A DNA stretch of 64,000 bases from Candidatus Poribacteria bacterium (GTDB taxonomy: Bacteria; Poribacteria; WGA-4E; WGA-3G): positions 5,184,001 to 5,248,000 of the forward strand of contig OZ251518.1 in assembly GCA_965242965.1 (NCBI GenBank), given 5' to 3'. The notes under the pieces were generated by a model. The model ran no database searches, had not been told where the DNA came from, and saw only the letters and a list, made by a program, of their open reading frames with translations. Of this stretch, positions 30,062-39,961 are shown in pieces (position 1 is the stretch's first letter; each line of letters begins with the position of its first letter). The translations under genes were made by a program, and so were the position numbers.

Positions 30062-31948
30062 ATGTGGTATCATAAACGTATGCACGAAAAAGAACCCTGC
30101 GCGCCACGCCGCTTTATCTTCGGAACCCTCGTCTTCGGTTCCATTCTCATCATCCTCACCTGCTATTGGATTATCTCTGCAGAAAACCGTGTGGTGTGGG
30201 AGTTGACAGATTTCTCCATCTTCCCCACCGTGCTGTTCACGTTTTTCCTGCTGGCTGTGATTTCGCCGCTGCTCACCCGGTTCCTCAAAAATTTCGCGCC
30301 TACCTCACGCGAGCTCGCGATGACGTACGTGATGGTATCTGTCGCGACCGCGCTCGCTGGGCACGACATCGTGCGGCAACTCGTGCCGATGATTGTGAAC
30401 GCCGGCTGGTTCGCAACCCCCGAAAATGAGTGGGCATCGCTGTTCTTCCGATTCATGCCGACATGGCTGACGATTACTGACAGACGCATCCTGCAAGGCT
30501 ATTTTGAAGGCGACGACACTTTCTGGCAGCGGCACTATCTGGAAGCGTGGATGTGGCCCATCATCGCATGGAGCGCGCTGGTTGTCGTGCTGCTGTTTAT
30601 GATGCTGTGCGTTAATATCATCATCCGAAAACAGTGGATCGACCACGAGAAGTTGAGTTATCCTCTCACAACGCTGCCGGTAGAACTCCTCGGCAACACC
30701 TCTTCTCTGTTTCGGAACAAACTGATCTGGCTCGGTTTCGGGATTGCGTTCGGGTTAGAAATCCTCGCCGGTTTCAATTATTTGTTTCCGGTGCTGCCAT
30801 CGCTGAAAATCAAATATCAGCTCGTCTTTTCAGAGCGTCCGTGGAACGCGATGGGCCGACTGCCTGTCTACGTTTATCCGTTTGCGATAGGGCTCGGCTA
30901 TCTGATGCCGCTGGAATTATCGCTGTCGTTTTGGTTTTTCTACCTGTTCTGGGGTATGCAACGCATCTTTTTCAGCGCGATAGGGTGGACAACCGCCATC
31001 GGCTTCCAGACGGAGCAGCGCGGCGGTGCTTGGCTCGGCATCGGGGTGCTCGCGCTGGTGACGAGTCGGCGGCAAATCCTGCAAGTGCTCGGCGGCGTGT
31101 TCGCCTTTAAATCCAAAGACAGGCTCTATTACCTCGCCGTTTTCGGGCTGCTCATCGGGCTTGCCATCGTGCTGACATTTTGGTATTTCGCCGGGTTGTC
31201 ACCGTGGGTAGCACTCGGCTATTTTGTCATCTATCTGGTACTGTGCATTGCGATGACGCGCATGCGCGCCGAACTCGGCCCGCCAACACACGAGTTGCAC
31301 AACATGCATCCCGACAGAATCATGCTCTTGTTCGCTGGCAGCCGCCCGTTAGGCGCGCAAAATCTGACGAATACGACGCTGCTATCGTGGCTCGCGTATG
31401 GCTACCGATGCCACCCGATGCCGCATCAATTGGAGGCGTTCAAAATCGGCAGACACTTCAACTTGCGCGAAAACCGCCTGGTCATCGCCTTGATTGTCGC
31501 CTCAATTGTCGGTGCAGTCGTCTCTGTTGTCGGACATGTTGCACTCTATTATGAATACCGATTTGCGCGATGGGGAGTCGGCGAGTTTAATCGCTTGCAA
31601 AGTTGGATTACCGCGCCGCGCACCCCGAACCTCCCCGCTATCCAACACATCACATTCGGATTCGGCTTGACTGTCGCCCTGACATTTCTCAAACGGCAGT
31701 TTCTGTGGTGGCCGTTCTATCCGGTGGGTTACGCTGTCGGCAACGGTTGGGCGATCGGCTGGATGTGGTTCTCCATTTTCTTAGGCTGGCTCTTCAAGCA
31801 GCTGCTCTTCACCGGCGGCGGTGTGCGCGCATATCGCAAGGCGTTACCGCTGTTCCTCGGGCTCATCTTCGGGCAGTTCCTCGCCGGAAGCCTGTGGAGT
31901 CTACTCGGCGTAGTGCTGAACATGAATATGTATACGCTCTTTCCTTGA
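30062..31948 (+). CDS. Polytopic membrane protein, DUF6785-like putative (oligo)peptide transporter
   Basis: Many TM segments; RKQWIDHEKLSYPL, TRMRAELG and WWPFYPVGY motifs. The start could be 30080. Confidence 0.7.
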   Translation: MWYHKRMHEKEPCAPRRFIFGTLVFGSILIILTCYWIISAENRVVWELTDFSIFPTVLFTFFLLAVISPLLTRFLKNFAPTSRELAMTYVMVSVATALAGHDIVRQLVPMIVNAGWFATPENEWASLFFRFMPTWLTITDRRILQGYFEGDDTFWQRHYLEAWMWPIIAWSALVVVLLFMMLCVNIIIRKQWIDHEKLSYPLTTLPVELLGNTSSLFRNKLIWLGFGIAFGLEILAGFNYLFPVLPSLKIKYQLVFSERPWNAMGRLPVYVYPFAIGLGYLMPLELSLSFWFFYLFWGMQRIFFSAIGWTTAIGFQTEQRGGAWLGIGVLALVTSRRQILQVLGGVFAFKSKDRLYYLAVFGLLIGLAIVLTFWYFAGLSPWVALGYFVIYLVLCIAMTRMRAELGPPTHELHNMHPDRIMLLFAGSRPLGAQNLTNTTLLSWLAYGYRCHPMPHQLEAFKIGRHFNLRENRLVIALIVASIVGAVVSVVGHVALYYEYRFARWGVGEFNRLQSWITAPRTPNLPAIQHITFGFGLTVALTFLKRQFLWWPFYPVGYAVGNGWAIGWMWFSIFLGWLFKQLLFTGGGVRAYRKALPLFLGLIFGQFLAGSLWSLLGVVLNMNMYTLFP

Positions 31949-31964
31949 GAATTTCCGGTCAAGG

Positions 31965-32164
31965 TCTGAGCACAACCAGGTCAGGAGCAGGCACTCCTGA
32001 ACTATAGGCGGGGCGCGCTTTACCCCTGTAGTGCGGGTGCGCCTGCACCCGCCCGGGTCAGGCCGCATCGAGACCGGGAGGTCTCGCCTACCGGCAATTC
32101 TCCATTTTCCCCTGTCTCACGGAGCCCTGTCACCGCGATGTTGAGCGATTTATGAAACACCCTC
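31965..32164. mobile_element. Degenerate REP mosaic E8 with right TIR
   Basis: GATGTTGAGCGATTTATGAAACACCCTC ending at 32164. Confidence 0.75.
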
Positions 32165-32187
32165 ACGTTTATTCTCGCCTTGGAAAC

Positions 32188-32532
32188 TCAAAAGTCCTCA
32201 AGTGCTTCTGCTTCGGAGGCAAAAACGCCGATGCTTTGCGATAACCCGATGGTATTGAAAATGTTACGCACCTGCTTCGACGGATGCGCAACGCGCAACA
32301 CTTGTCCCCTGTCCCGTATCCTCCAAAGCAATTTGATTATCTCACCGAACCCACTGCTGGTGATAAAGCTGCGCCGCTCAAAGTTGAGCAGCAGTTTGTC
32401 AGCACTCTGGACCGCCTCCTCAGCATACGCCTCCGTTAGCGTTGATTCAGATGCGTCCGTTAGGTAACCCGCAATGTCAAATATCGCGATGTCGCCCGCG
32501 TGCCGGATAGAGATTTGCGAATTGGCTCTCAC
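32188..32532 (-). CDS. STAS-domain anti-sigma factor antagonist
   Basis: FITSSGFG phospho-serine motif, F.TIGL and F.SEAEAL; GTG start with GAGG RBS. Confidence 0.85.
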   Translation of the reverse strand: MRANSQISIRHAGDIAIFDIAGYLTDASESTLTEAYAEEAVQSADKLLLNFERRSFITSSGFGEIIKLLWRIRDRGQVLRVAHPSKQVRNIFNTIGLSQSIGVFASEAEALEDF

Positions 32533-32603
32533 TTTTCCCTCCTCTAATTGTTAACGGCTCATGTGTTAGTTAAAATCACACGCCGCATTCTTCAATCCAA
32601 AAA

Positions 32604-33530
32604 TCACTCGGATGGACGATGTTCCGGTTGCGCGCGGACAATGCTTCCACCTTCGAGATGGAGCCATGTATCAAATTCCCGCTCGCCTTCGTGGAGTTGA
32701 ATCACACGTGCGCCGCGCGGAAAACCGTCCCTGCCGTAGGTGTTATAGCCGCTAGCCCTGCCGTAGCAGAGACGCATCCCGTGCAAATCACCCCAAAAGT
32801 CGTTCACGTGGTCATGTCCAACAAAGGTGCCTACGACATCCCCTGCCTCATGCATCGCGGCGAAAAGCCCACTATTCCGTCTCGGCGCGCAAACGGCTTC
32901 GTGCTTCTCACCGTAGCAGGTATGAAAATCCCAAACCTCATCGTATTCCGGAAGCGGAATATGGAAGAATGCGAGTGCAGGTAGCGGATGCCCCGCGGCA
33001 TCCGTGAATTTCGCCGACTCACGCAAATACCACGCAACCTGCGCCGATTTTATCCATCCGTATCCGCCGATTTCCTGTGGTGCATAGCTCCCCGAATCAA
33101 TAAAATAGAGCAGTGCCATCGGGGCACTCCCCCCGTTCCTGTGGAGAGGTAAAACGTAGTTGCCGACACCGGGAATTTCTTCGGGGCCTGCTTGTGCTAG
33201 CGAGTGCGCGCCTTCCTGCATCACTGCCATCAGTTCGTGCCGTGAAGCATCGCCTTCGTCGTCGTGGTTACCGAAAACCGCAGTCCACGGAATGTTCCAC
33301 TGCTCTACAATTCGGACAACCTCCCGCATCGATGCACACGCGTCCTGACATCCACCGCCGGCCAAAATATCGCCTGTCAACACAACCAAATCTGGTTGCA
33401 CGGCTGTTGCAATCTGCTCCATCAACGCCGCCGATTGCCTGTCTGCCGATTCGCCGTTATGCCAATGGATGTCGGTAAATTGCACGATTGTGAATTTTCC
33501 ATCTTCTTGAAACCGCAATGCTTTTTTCAC
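32604..33530 (-). CDS. Calcineurin-like metallophosphoesterase (DCR2/PAP29-like)
   Basis: FTDIH, TGD, GNHD, FFHIPL, GHDHVND. Confidence 0.88.
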   Translation of the reverse strand: MKKALRFQEDGKFTIVQFTDIHWHNGESADRQSAALMEQIATAVQPDLVVLTGDILAGGGCQDACASMREVVRIVEQWNIPWTAVFGNHDDEGDASRHELMAVMQEGAHSLAQAGPEEIPGVGNYVLPLHRNGGSAPMALLYFIDSGSYAPQEIGGYGWIKSAQVAWYLRESAKFTDAAGHPLPALAFFHIPLPEYDEVWDFHTCYGEKHEAVCAPRRNSGLFAAMHEAGDVVGTFVGHDHVNDFWGDLHGMRLCYGRASGYNTYGRDGFPRGARVIQLHEGEREFDTWLHLEGGSIVRAQPEHRPSE

Positions 33531-33634
33531 ATTTTATCTCCTTTCTTTTTTCTATCACTATACCATAATTCGCAAAAAAAGTAAGCAAAAAAAATGGCCT
33601 TGCATGCCGCAAGTTTTTGTGGTAAAATATATTT

Positions 33635-33917
33635 GAGGATGTTTCATAAGTCTGTTTCGGAATCTATCCCGCCTTGGGAGCGGGCGAATACCGGAAGGCA
33701 TCGGGCCTCCATCTGTAGTTCGGGATCGCCTGATCCCGAACGGGTCCAAAGTTCGCTGCCTCTAGTCAAGACCGTTCTGTTTCATCTGTAGTTCGGGATC
33801 GCCTGATCCCGAACGGGTCAGGATCAGGCGATCCTGACCTACAGGGGTGACGCGGTCTGCCAGCCAAACGCATGGCGAGGGAAACCCGCGACGTTGAGCG
33901 ATTTATGAAACACCGTC
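33635..33917. mobile_element. TIR-bounded REP mosaic element E9
   Basis: GAGGATGTTTCATA ... CGACGTTGAGCGATTTATGAAACACCGTC. Confidence 0.85.
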
Positions 33918-33953
33918 AATATATCTACAATGATGAATGGAAACGTTGACACG

Positions 33954-34772
33954 ATGCAAAAAACCTGTTCCCCGAACACTTACGATACCCAAACCGCGAT
34001 TCTCTCAAACGAGGAAGTCGCGGAGGCACACTATCTTCTACGCTGCGAATGTCCCGAAATCGCGCAACACGCGCAGCCCGGGCAGTTTGTCCATGTGATG
34101 ATTTCGCCTGACACGGGGCTATTGCTCCGCCGGCCGTTTACTATCTACAAGGTGGAAGGGACGCAAATAACGATGCTCTATCAGATTATCGGTGAAGGGA
34201 CAAAGCGGTTGTCAGAGATGCCGATAGGCGCGTCCTTGCAAATCCTCGGTCCGCTCGGAACGCCGTTTGACATCGCGTCAAAAGCCGAACCTGCAATTCT
34301 CGTCGGTGGGGGTGCCGGTATCGCATCGCTGATGTTATTGGCGGTGGCGTTACGCGAACGCGGGATACCGACGCTCGGCTTAGTCGGCGCACAGCATCGC
34401 GCGCGGCTGTTGAGTGTCGCGGATTTAGAAGCCATCAGCATCGGGGTGCATATCGCCACGGATGACGGAAGCGTTGGGCATCACGGGTTTGTCACCGATA
34501 TCCTCCGCGAACTATTAGGCAAAACGGATTGGCAATATCCACAGATTTATGCGTGCGGTCCGCACGGGATGCTCGCCGCTGTTGCACGACTCGCCGCCGA
34601 TTTTGCGGTGCCGACGCAAGTCGCGATGGAAAATCGGATGGGCTGCGCGATGGGGGTGTGCCTTGGGTGTGTCTGTCCTGTTCGGGTTGAGGCAGAACGC
34701 GTTGAATATCAGCGCGTTTGCACCGAAGGCCCTGTTTTTAATGCAAGCGATATTGTGTGGGTCCTGTCGTAG
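33954..34772 (+). CDS. pyrK: Dihydroorotate dehydrogenase electron transfer subunit
   Basis: PGQFV, LRRPF, GPLG, GGGAG, CGP and MGCAMGVCLGC...RVCTEGPVF [2Fe-2S] motif. Start uncertain (33930-33954). Confidence 0.88.
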   Translation: MQKTCSPNTYDTQTAILSNEEVAEAHYLLRCECPEIAQHAQPGQFVHVMISPDTGLLLRRPFTIYKVEGTQITMLYQIIGEGTKRLSEMPIGASLQILGPLGTPFDIASKAEPAILVGGGAGIASLMLLAVALRERGIPTLGLVGAQHRARLLSVADLEAISIGVHIATDDGSVGHHGFVTDILRELLGKTDWQYPQIYACGPHGMLAAVARLAADFAVPTQVAMENRMGCAMGVCLGCVCPVRVEAERVEYQRVCTEGPVFNASDIVWVLS

Positions 34773-35143
34773 CGCGGGGGCCTGTCCCCCGCGATCGTTC
34801 GGTGGACCGCAGCATGGCGAGGGACAGGCCCTCGCCCTACGGTTGGGGAAGGGTTCGTGGCGAGCGATATTGTGTGGGAATCGTAGCGCGGGGGCCTGTC
34901 CCCCGCGATCGTTCGGTGGCCCGGAGCATGGCGAGGGACAGGCCCTCGCCCTACAGTTCCCGTTGCGATTTCTCCCCATCGTAGTGCGGGGGCCTGTCCC
35001 CCGCGAACGTTCGACCTGCGCGAGGATCGCGAGGGACAGGCCCTCGCGCTACGGTTTAGGAAAGGTTCTTCGTGGTTGCGTGAGGATCGCGAGGGACAGG
35101 CCCTCGCGCTACGGTCCCCGTTGCGATTTCTTCTCGCGCTACG
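34768..35143. repeat. REP array between pyrK and bioB
   Basis: Inverted B/A hairpin doublets followed by A' copies. Confidence 0.85.
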
Positions 35144-35163
35144 GTACCAAGAAAGCGGAAATA

Positions 35164-36255
35164 ATGGAACAAACTTTTTACCAAGAATTAACACAAACTA
35201 GCCTACAAGACAAACCGCTCTCGGATGCCGTGTGTCAGCAACTCTTAACCTCGGCAGAGGTGGAATTGTTGCCGCTGTTAGACGCGGCATATCAGGTGCG
35301 CAAGACCTATTTCCAAAACGAGGTGCAACTGCATATCCTCAATAACGCGCAGAACGGCCATTGTCCAGAGGATTGCCGCTATTGTGCGCAGGCGCGCACG
35401 ACGACGGCAGAGATTGACACCTATTCCTTGAAACCGGATGCCGAGATTCTGGAGGAAGCGCGCGCCGCGTATGAATCAGGCGCGTATCGCTACTGCATCG
35501 TGATGAGCGGCCGCGGGCCTACCCCAAAACGGGTGCAGCACCTGGCGCAACTTATCCACACCGTGAAAACCGAATATCCGATTGAGGTGTGCCTCTCTGT
35601 CGGGTTGCTCGATGCCGATGCTGCGCGCACTCTGAAAGCCGCGGGCTTAGACAGACTCAACCACAACCTGAACACCTCCGAAGCGCACTATCCTAAAATC
35701 TGTAGCACGCATACTTATCAGGATAGGATGGAGACGTTGCATGCGGCACAAACGGCGGGGCTCGCCTGTTGTTCGGGAGTCATCGTCGGGATGGGGGAAG
35801 AAAACGCGGATTTGATTCAGGTGGCGAAAACGCTGCGGCGGCTGGAGGTGGAATCAATTCCTGTCAATTTTTTCCTACCGATCGCTGGCACGCAGATTGC
35901 GGAACCTTCTGTGTTGACACCCGATTACTGTCTGCGCGTGCTGTGTCTCTATCGGTTCCTAAATCCGCGCGCTGAGATTCGCATTGCGGCGGGCAGGGAG
36001 CATCACCTTCGGAGTTTGGAGGCGATGGCACTCTATCCTGCGAATTCGCTATTTCTGGAGGGGTATCTGAATGCGGCGGGTGCGGCGGCCTCGCGCACGC
36101 TGCAGATGATTCGGGATGCAGGGTTTACGGTGAAAATGAACGGAGAGGTTGCGGAGGGAATGACTTCTCCTGCAGGTGCGGCATCCGCGCCGAGTCATGT
36201 GGTGATTAAGGAATTGGAGGTGCTTCGGCCGCGGATGGCATCGGGGGATTCATAA
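35164..36255 (+). CDS. bioB: Biotin synthase
   Basis: CPEDCRYCAQ radical-SAM motif, NHNLNTS, CSGVIVGMGE, SIPVNF, IRIAAGRE; the ORF-track N-terminal extension is REP DNA. Confidence 0.92.
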   Translation: MEQTFYQELTQTSLQDKPLSDAVCQQLLTSAEVELLPLLDAAYQVRKTYFQNEVQLHILNNAQNGHCPEDCRYCAQARTTTAEIDTYSLKPDAEILEEARAAYESGAYRYCIVMSGRGPTPKRVQHLAQLIHTVKTEYPIEVCLSVGLLDADAARTLKAAGLDRLNHNLNTSEAHYPKICSTHTYQDRMETLHAAQTAGLACCSGVIVGMGEENADLIQVAKTLRRLEVESIPVNFFLPIAGTQIAEPSVLTPDYCLRVLCLYRFLNPRAEIRIAAGREHHLRSLEAMALYPANSLFLEGYLNAAGAAASRTLQMIRDAGFTVKMNGEVAEGMTSPAGAASAPSHVVIKELEVLRPRMASGDS

Positions 36256-36279
36256 CAAGACTTGCGGAGAATCTTTCGG

Positions 36280-36866
36280 ATAGGAGAGACCTCCCGGTCT
36301 CGATGCATCCCCGTAGGAGAGACCTCCTGGTCTCGATGTGCCCGTAGCGCGGGGGCCCTCGGATGCCATCGTGAAGTTATGTTTTTAGGTCCTTTAGGTC
36401 CTACATGTCTATAGCAGCCCGTGTCGTTACGTTGTCAAGGTCCTTTAGGTCCTTAATAAAAAAACACGCCGCATGTCAAAACCTATTAAGGACCTAAAGG
36501 ACCTTAGGATTCTTCGCAATCACGCGTGCTATAGACATTAAGGTCTTACAGACCTTAGGCATGGCGAGGGACAGGCCCTCGCCCTACGGTGAGGGGGCGT
36601 TTTTTTTCGTAGCGCGGGGGCCTGTCCCCCGCGATCGTTGGATTCCGCGTGCACGCACGATGGCGAGGGGAACCCGCTCGCATGCGCGTATGGCATGCGA
36701 GGGCCCTCGCCCTACGATGAAGGGGGGATTTCTGCCGCCCTATTGCATCGAGACCGGGAGGTCTATCCTACGGGGAAGCCATCGAGACCGGGAGGTCTCT
36801 CCTACCGGGACATCGCTCGTATCAAGACCGGGAGGGCGCGCCGACACGGATTTATGAAACCCCCTC
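36280..36866. mobile_element. REP mosaic E10 with right TIR
   Basis: GCCGACACGGATTTATGAAACCCCCTC at the right end, matching the reverse complement of the E1 left end. Confidence 0.8.
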
Positions 36867-36868
36867 AC

Positions 36869-37498
36869 TTAATTCTCTCCCTCTTCTTCCTCTTCATCAT
36901 CCACAAGTTCAACGTTCCATTTTATGAACACATGAGCGGGATTTTGTCCTGCCGCTTCTGCGGCTTCCTTTTCCCCTTGCCAGAACTCCAACCGGGTTTC
37001 ATGGTATTTCGCCATGTCTTTATAGGCGTTGCGAACGTTTTCCTTCTCAGCTTCATCCAGCCGAAATACGAACCGCTCGTGCTTTGCCACATCTCTTGCC
37101 ATCTCAAACTCAAGCTCATTCAGGTGTATCATCTCCGAGATAGAGGCGTTCCCCGCGCCATCCAGACGAAACATCAACAGTGCCCACTCCTCAGAACGGT
37201 GATGCGCAGACCAGACAATAATGGCGGATTTTTTGAGTTCGTCAAAGGCAGCGTTTGGATTCTTATCCTTCAGTTGCACATACGCTTTGAGATGCTCAAA
37301 AGACCTCCTGCCCCGGTTCTCTAACGTCATGCCTGCGATCTGGTCTTCGTGATACGTCCCCCGAATTTGCCTTTCGGGTGGCACGAGTTCATCGTATGGC
37401 ACACTGGGAGAAACAACGTTGGGCTGTTCGTTTTCAGCGCATCCCAGCGCGAGCAGAATGATGCCGCACAGAAGAATGAAACCAAGTTTACTTCGCAT
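36869..37498 (-). CDS. Hypothetical lipoprotein (paralog of the adjacent gene)
   Basis: FILLCGIILLALGC lipobox; shares EHLK.Y.QLK, EEWA.LMFRLD.AG.ASISE.IHL.ELE with its neighbour. Confidence 0.75.
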   Translation of the reverse strand: MRSKLGFILLCGIILLALGCAENEQPNVVSPSVPYDELVPPERQIRGTYHEDQIAGMTLENRGRRSFEHLKAYVQLKDKNPNAAFDELKKSAIIVWSAHHRSEEWALLMFRLDGAGNASISEMIHLNELEFEMARDVAKHERFVFRLDEAEKENVRNAYKDMAKYHETRLEFWQGEKEAAEAAGQNPAHVFIKWNVELVDDEEEEEGEN

Positions 37499-38038
37499 TT
37501 AATCCTCCACAACTTCGATGCTGTATTTCGTGAAAACCTTATCCGGGTCTTGTCCGAGTGCCACCGCGGCTTTCTTTTCCGCTTCCAAGATGCCCAGCTG
37601 GCCTTCCAAATATATCACATATTCTTTATAGGGGCTGCGATCTGCCGCCATCTCAACTTCCAACTCCAACAGATGAATCCTCTCCGAGATAGAGGCTTTT
37701 CCCGCGATATCCAGACGAAACATCAGCCTCGCCCATTCCTCATAATGGGGATGCCCCCACCAAGAAAGATAGGCGGCTTTTTCAAGTTCGGCATAGGCAG
37801 CGTTTGGACTCCGCGCTTTCAGTTGCAAATATGTTTTGAGATGCTCAATAACCTGCCGGCCACGTTCCTCTTCTGTCATGTTTTCCAGCATGTCTGCCAG
37901 ACGCGTCTCTGTCGTGAGGACCTCGTCGTCTTGCACATCGGGAGAAATTGGAGAAACGATGGAAACCGGCTGTTCCGTATCAGCACATCCAAGCGCGAGC
38001 AGGACGATGCCGCAGAGAATAAAGAGAGAACATTTCAT
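37499..38038 (-). CDS. Hypothetical lipoprotein (paralog of the adjacent gene)
   Basis: FILCGIVLLALGC lipobox; start trimmed to MKCSL. Confidence 0.75.
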   Translation of the reverse strand: MKCSLFILCGIVLLALGCADTEQPVSIVSPISPDVQDDEVLTTETRLADMLENMTEEERGRQVIEHLKTYLQLKARSPNAAYAELEKAAYLSWWGHPHYEEWARLMFRLDIAGKASISERIHLLELEVEMAADRSPYKEYVIYLEGQLGILEAEKKAAVALGQDPDKVFTKYSIEVVED

Positions 38039-38108
38039 TTGAAAAGAACCTCGCAGGTAAGCGCGGTTGAGAGAACACATCACGGCATGTGCTTTCAACC
38101 GATTAAAT

Positions 38109-38608
38109 GAGGATGTTTCATAACTCCGTTTTGATATTTATCCCGAGGGTGTTTCATAACTCAAGAAACCGTCCGGTTACCGTAGCGCGGGGGCCTGTCC
38201 CCCGCGAGCGTCCCGTAGGAGAGACCGCCCGGTCTCGATGCAACACTCTAACCCTTATTAAGGGCCTACGGACCTTGATACGGTGAAGCACGTTTTTCTA
38301 TAGACATTTTAGTCCTACGGACCTAAAAGAGGTTTTTGATAGACCTCAGCATGGCGAGGGACAGGCCCTCGCCCTACGGTGAAAGGAGGCCGTTCTGCGG
38401 CTAAGTAGTTTGTGATCGCCTGATCACAAACGGGTCAAGATCGGGCGATCTTGACCTATAGGGCCTGGGGCGCGCGAATGATGGCGAGGGGAACCCTCTC
38501 GCATGCGCGGATGGCATGCGAGGGCCCAAGCCCTACGGTGAAGTGCCGTTTTTTTCCCGTATCGCGGGGCCTGATAGCGCGACGTTGAGCCATTTATGAA
38601 ACACCCTC
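38109..38608. mobile_element. TIR-bounded REP mosaic element E11 with two nested left ends
   Basis: GAGGATGTTTCATA at 38109, GAGGGTGTTTCATA at 38145, and TATGAAACACCCTC at 38595-38608. Confidence 0.85.
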
Positions 38609-38733
38609 ATTAAAACAGAGATTAAAAGCAGTTAGGGCGAAAACATAAGATAGGACAGGAATTCAGGAGGCGTTTCCCCCCCCCCGATGTAAAGACGGAT
38701 GGAGGATTCCGACTTTACATGGAGGCCGTAAGA

Positions 38734-38807
<74 letters not shown>

Positions 38808-38819
38808 GCAAGATCAGAG

Positions 38820-38905
38820 TGGTCGAGGAGGGACTTGAACCCTCACGCCTTTTTATGGGCGATGGATTTTAAGTCCATTGTGTCTACCGATTCCACCACT
38901 CGACC
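38820..38905 (-). tRNA. tRNA-Leu (TAA)
   Basis: GGTCGAG/CTCGACC acceptor stem, ATGGA-CTTAAAA-TCCAT anticodon arm, long variable arm, GGTTCAAG T-loop. Confidence 0.95.
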
Positions 38906-38916
38906 TGGTGCTATAT

Positions 38917-38945
38917 ATTATACCCTATTTTATCGCGTTTGTCAA
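38917..38945 (-). promoter_or_regulatory. Consensus sigma70 promoter of the tRNA pair
   Basis: TTGACA-17 bp-TATAAT on the minus strand, just upstream of tRNA-Leu. Confidence 0.8.
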
Positions 38946-39196
38946 GTTTTTATTCAAAAAAATTGCTTTTTAACGCGAAAAATGTGGGAATTCACGCAAT
39001 TTTAATGCATTTTAACGTTAATTTCTTAAAAAGTCAAACAAAAATTTCTTTTTTCTTGACTTTTTCCGCGATTGCCTGTATCCTATTCTCAAAAAAGGAG
39101 CACATCTACGGTAAAAAATCGAGACCGGCACGGTAAGAAATCAAGACCGGGAGGTCTCTCCTACCGTATCCTATCCTCAAAAAAGGAGCATATCTC

Positions 39197-39961
39197 ATGA
39201 AAAACGTCCCACTGGCATCCGGGCACGAAATGCCGATGCTCGGCTTAGGCACTTGGCAATTAAAAGGGAGGCAGTGCGAACAGATTGTCAAGGAGGCACT
39301 CGCGCTAGGGTATACGCATATTGACACGGCGTGGATGTATCAAAACCAGCGCGCCATCGGAAACGCGCTCCGTAATAGCCGCGTCCAACGCGACAAACTC
39401 TTTATCACCACCAAAATTTGGAACACGCATCTGCGGTATGTCGATGTCCTCTCGCAATTTGATGAATGTTTGGACGACTTGCAGATGGACTACGTAGACA
39501 TGCTGCTCATTCATTGGCCCAACGAAGAGGTCGAGTTTTCGGAGACGTTTGCGGCGTTCCAAAAACTTCACGAAGCGGGCAAAGTGAAGAGCATCGGTGT
39601 CAGCAATTTCAGCATCGCGCAGGTGGAGGAAGCATGCGCAGTCTCCGCGTTACCGATTTGCACGAATCAGGTGGAATATCATGTCCGCCGCAACCGGCAC
39701 GAGTTGCTCCGCAATTGCCACAACCTCGGGCTCGTCATCACGGCGCATCGGCCCATAGGCCGCGGCGAGCTCGTCAAGGACAAGGTGTTACAGCAGATTG
39801 GTGAAAAGCACGGGAAGACAGCGGCGCAGGTGGCACTCCGATGGCTCATCGAACAGAAAATCGTCGCCATTCCGAAATCTGGTTCAGTGCCGCATCTGCG
39901 CGAAAATCTCGATGTGTTCGGATGGATATTAACCCACGCAGATATGGAAGCACTCGCATGA
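39197..39961 (+). CDS. Aldo/keto reductase
   Basis: MPMLGLGTW, IDTA..Y, FITTK, LLIHWP, IGVSNF, IPKS. Confidence 0.92.
   Translation: MKNVPLASGHEMPMLGLGTWQLKGRQCEQIVKEALALGYTHIDTAWMYQNQRAIGNALRNSRVQRDKLFITTKIWNTHLRYVDVLSQFDECLDDLQMDYVDMLLIHWPNEEVEFSETFAAFQKLHEAGKVKSIGVSNFSIAQVEEACAVSALPICTNQVEYHVRRNRHELLRNCHNLGLVITAHRPIGRGELVKDKVLQQIGEKHGKTAAQVALRWLIEQKIVAIPKSGSVPHLRENLDVFGWILTHADMEALA

Noticed and set aside
34549-35163. Long N-terminal extension of BioB (and similar extensions of GDPD, PIG-L, GT9 and the ceramidase-like gene)
   Set aside because: The frame simply stays open through REP arrays; better starts lie downstream.
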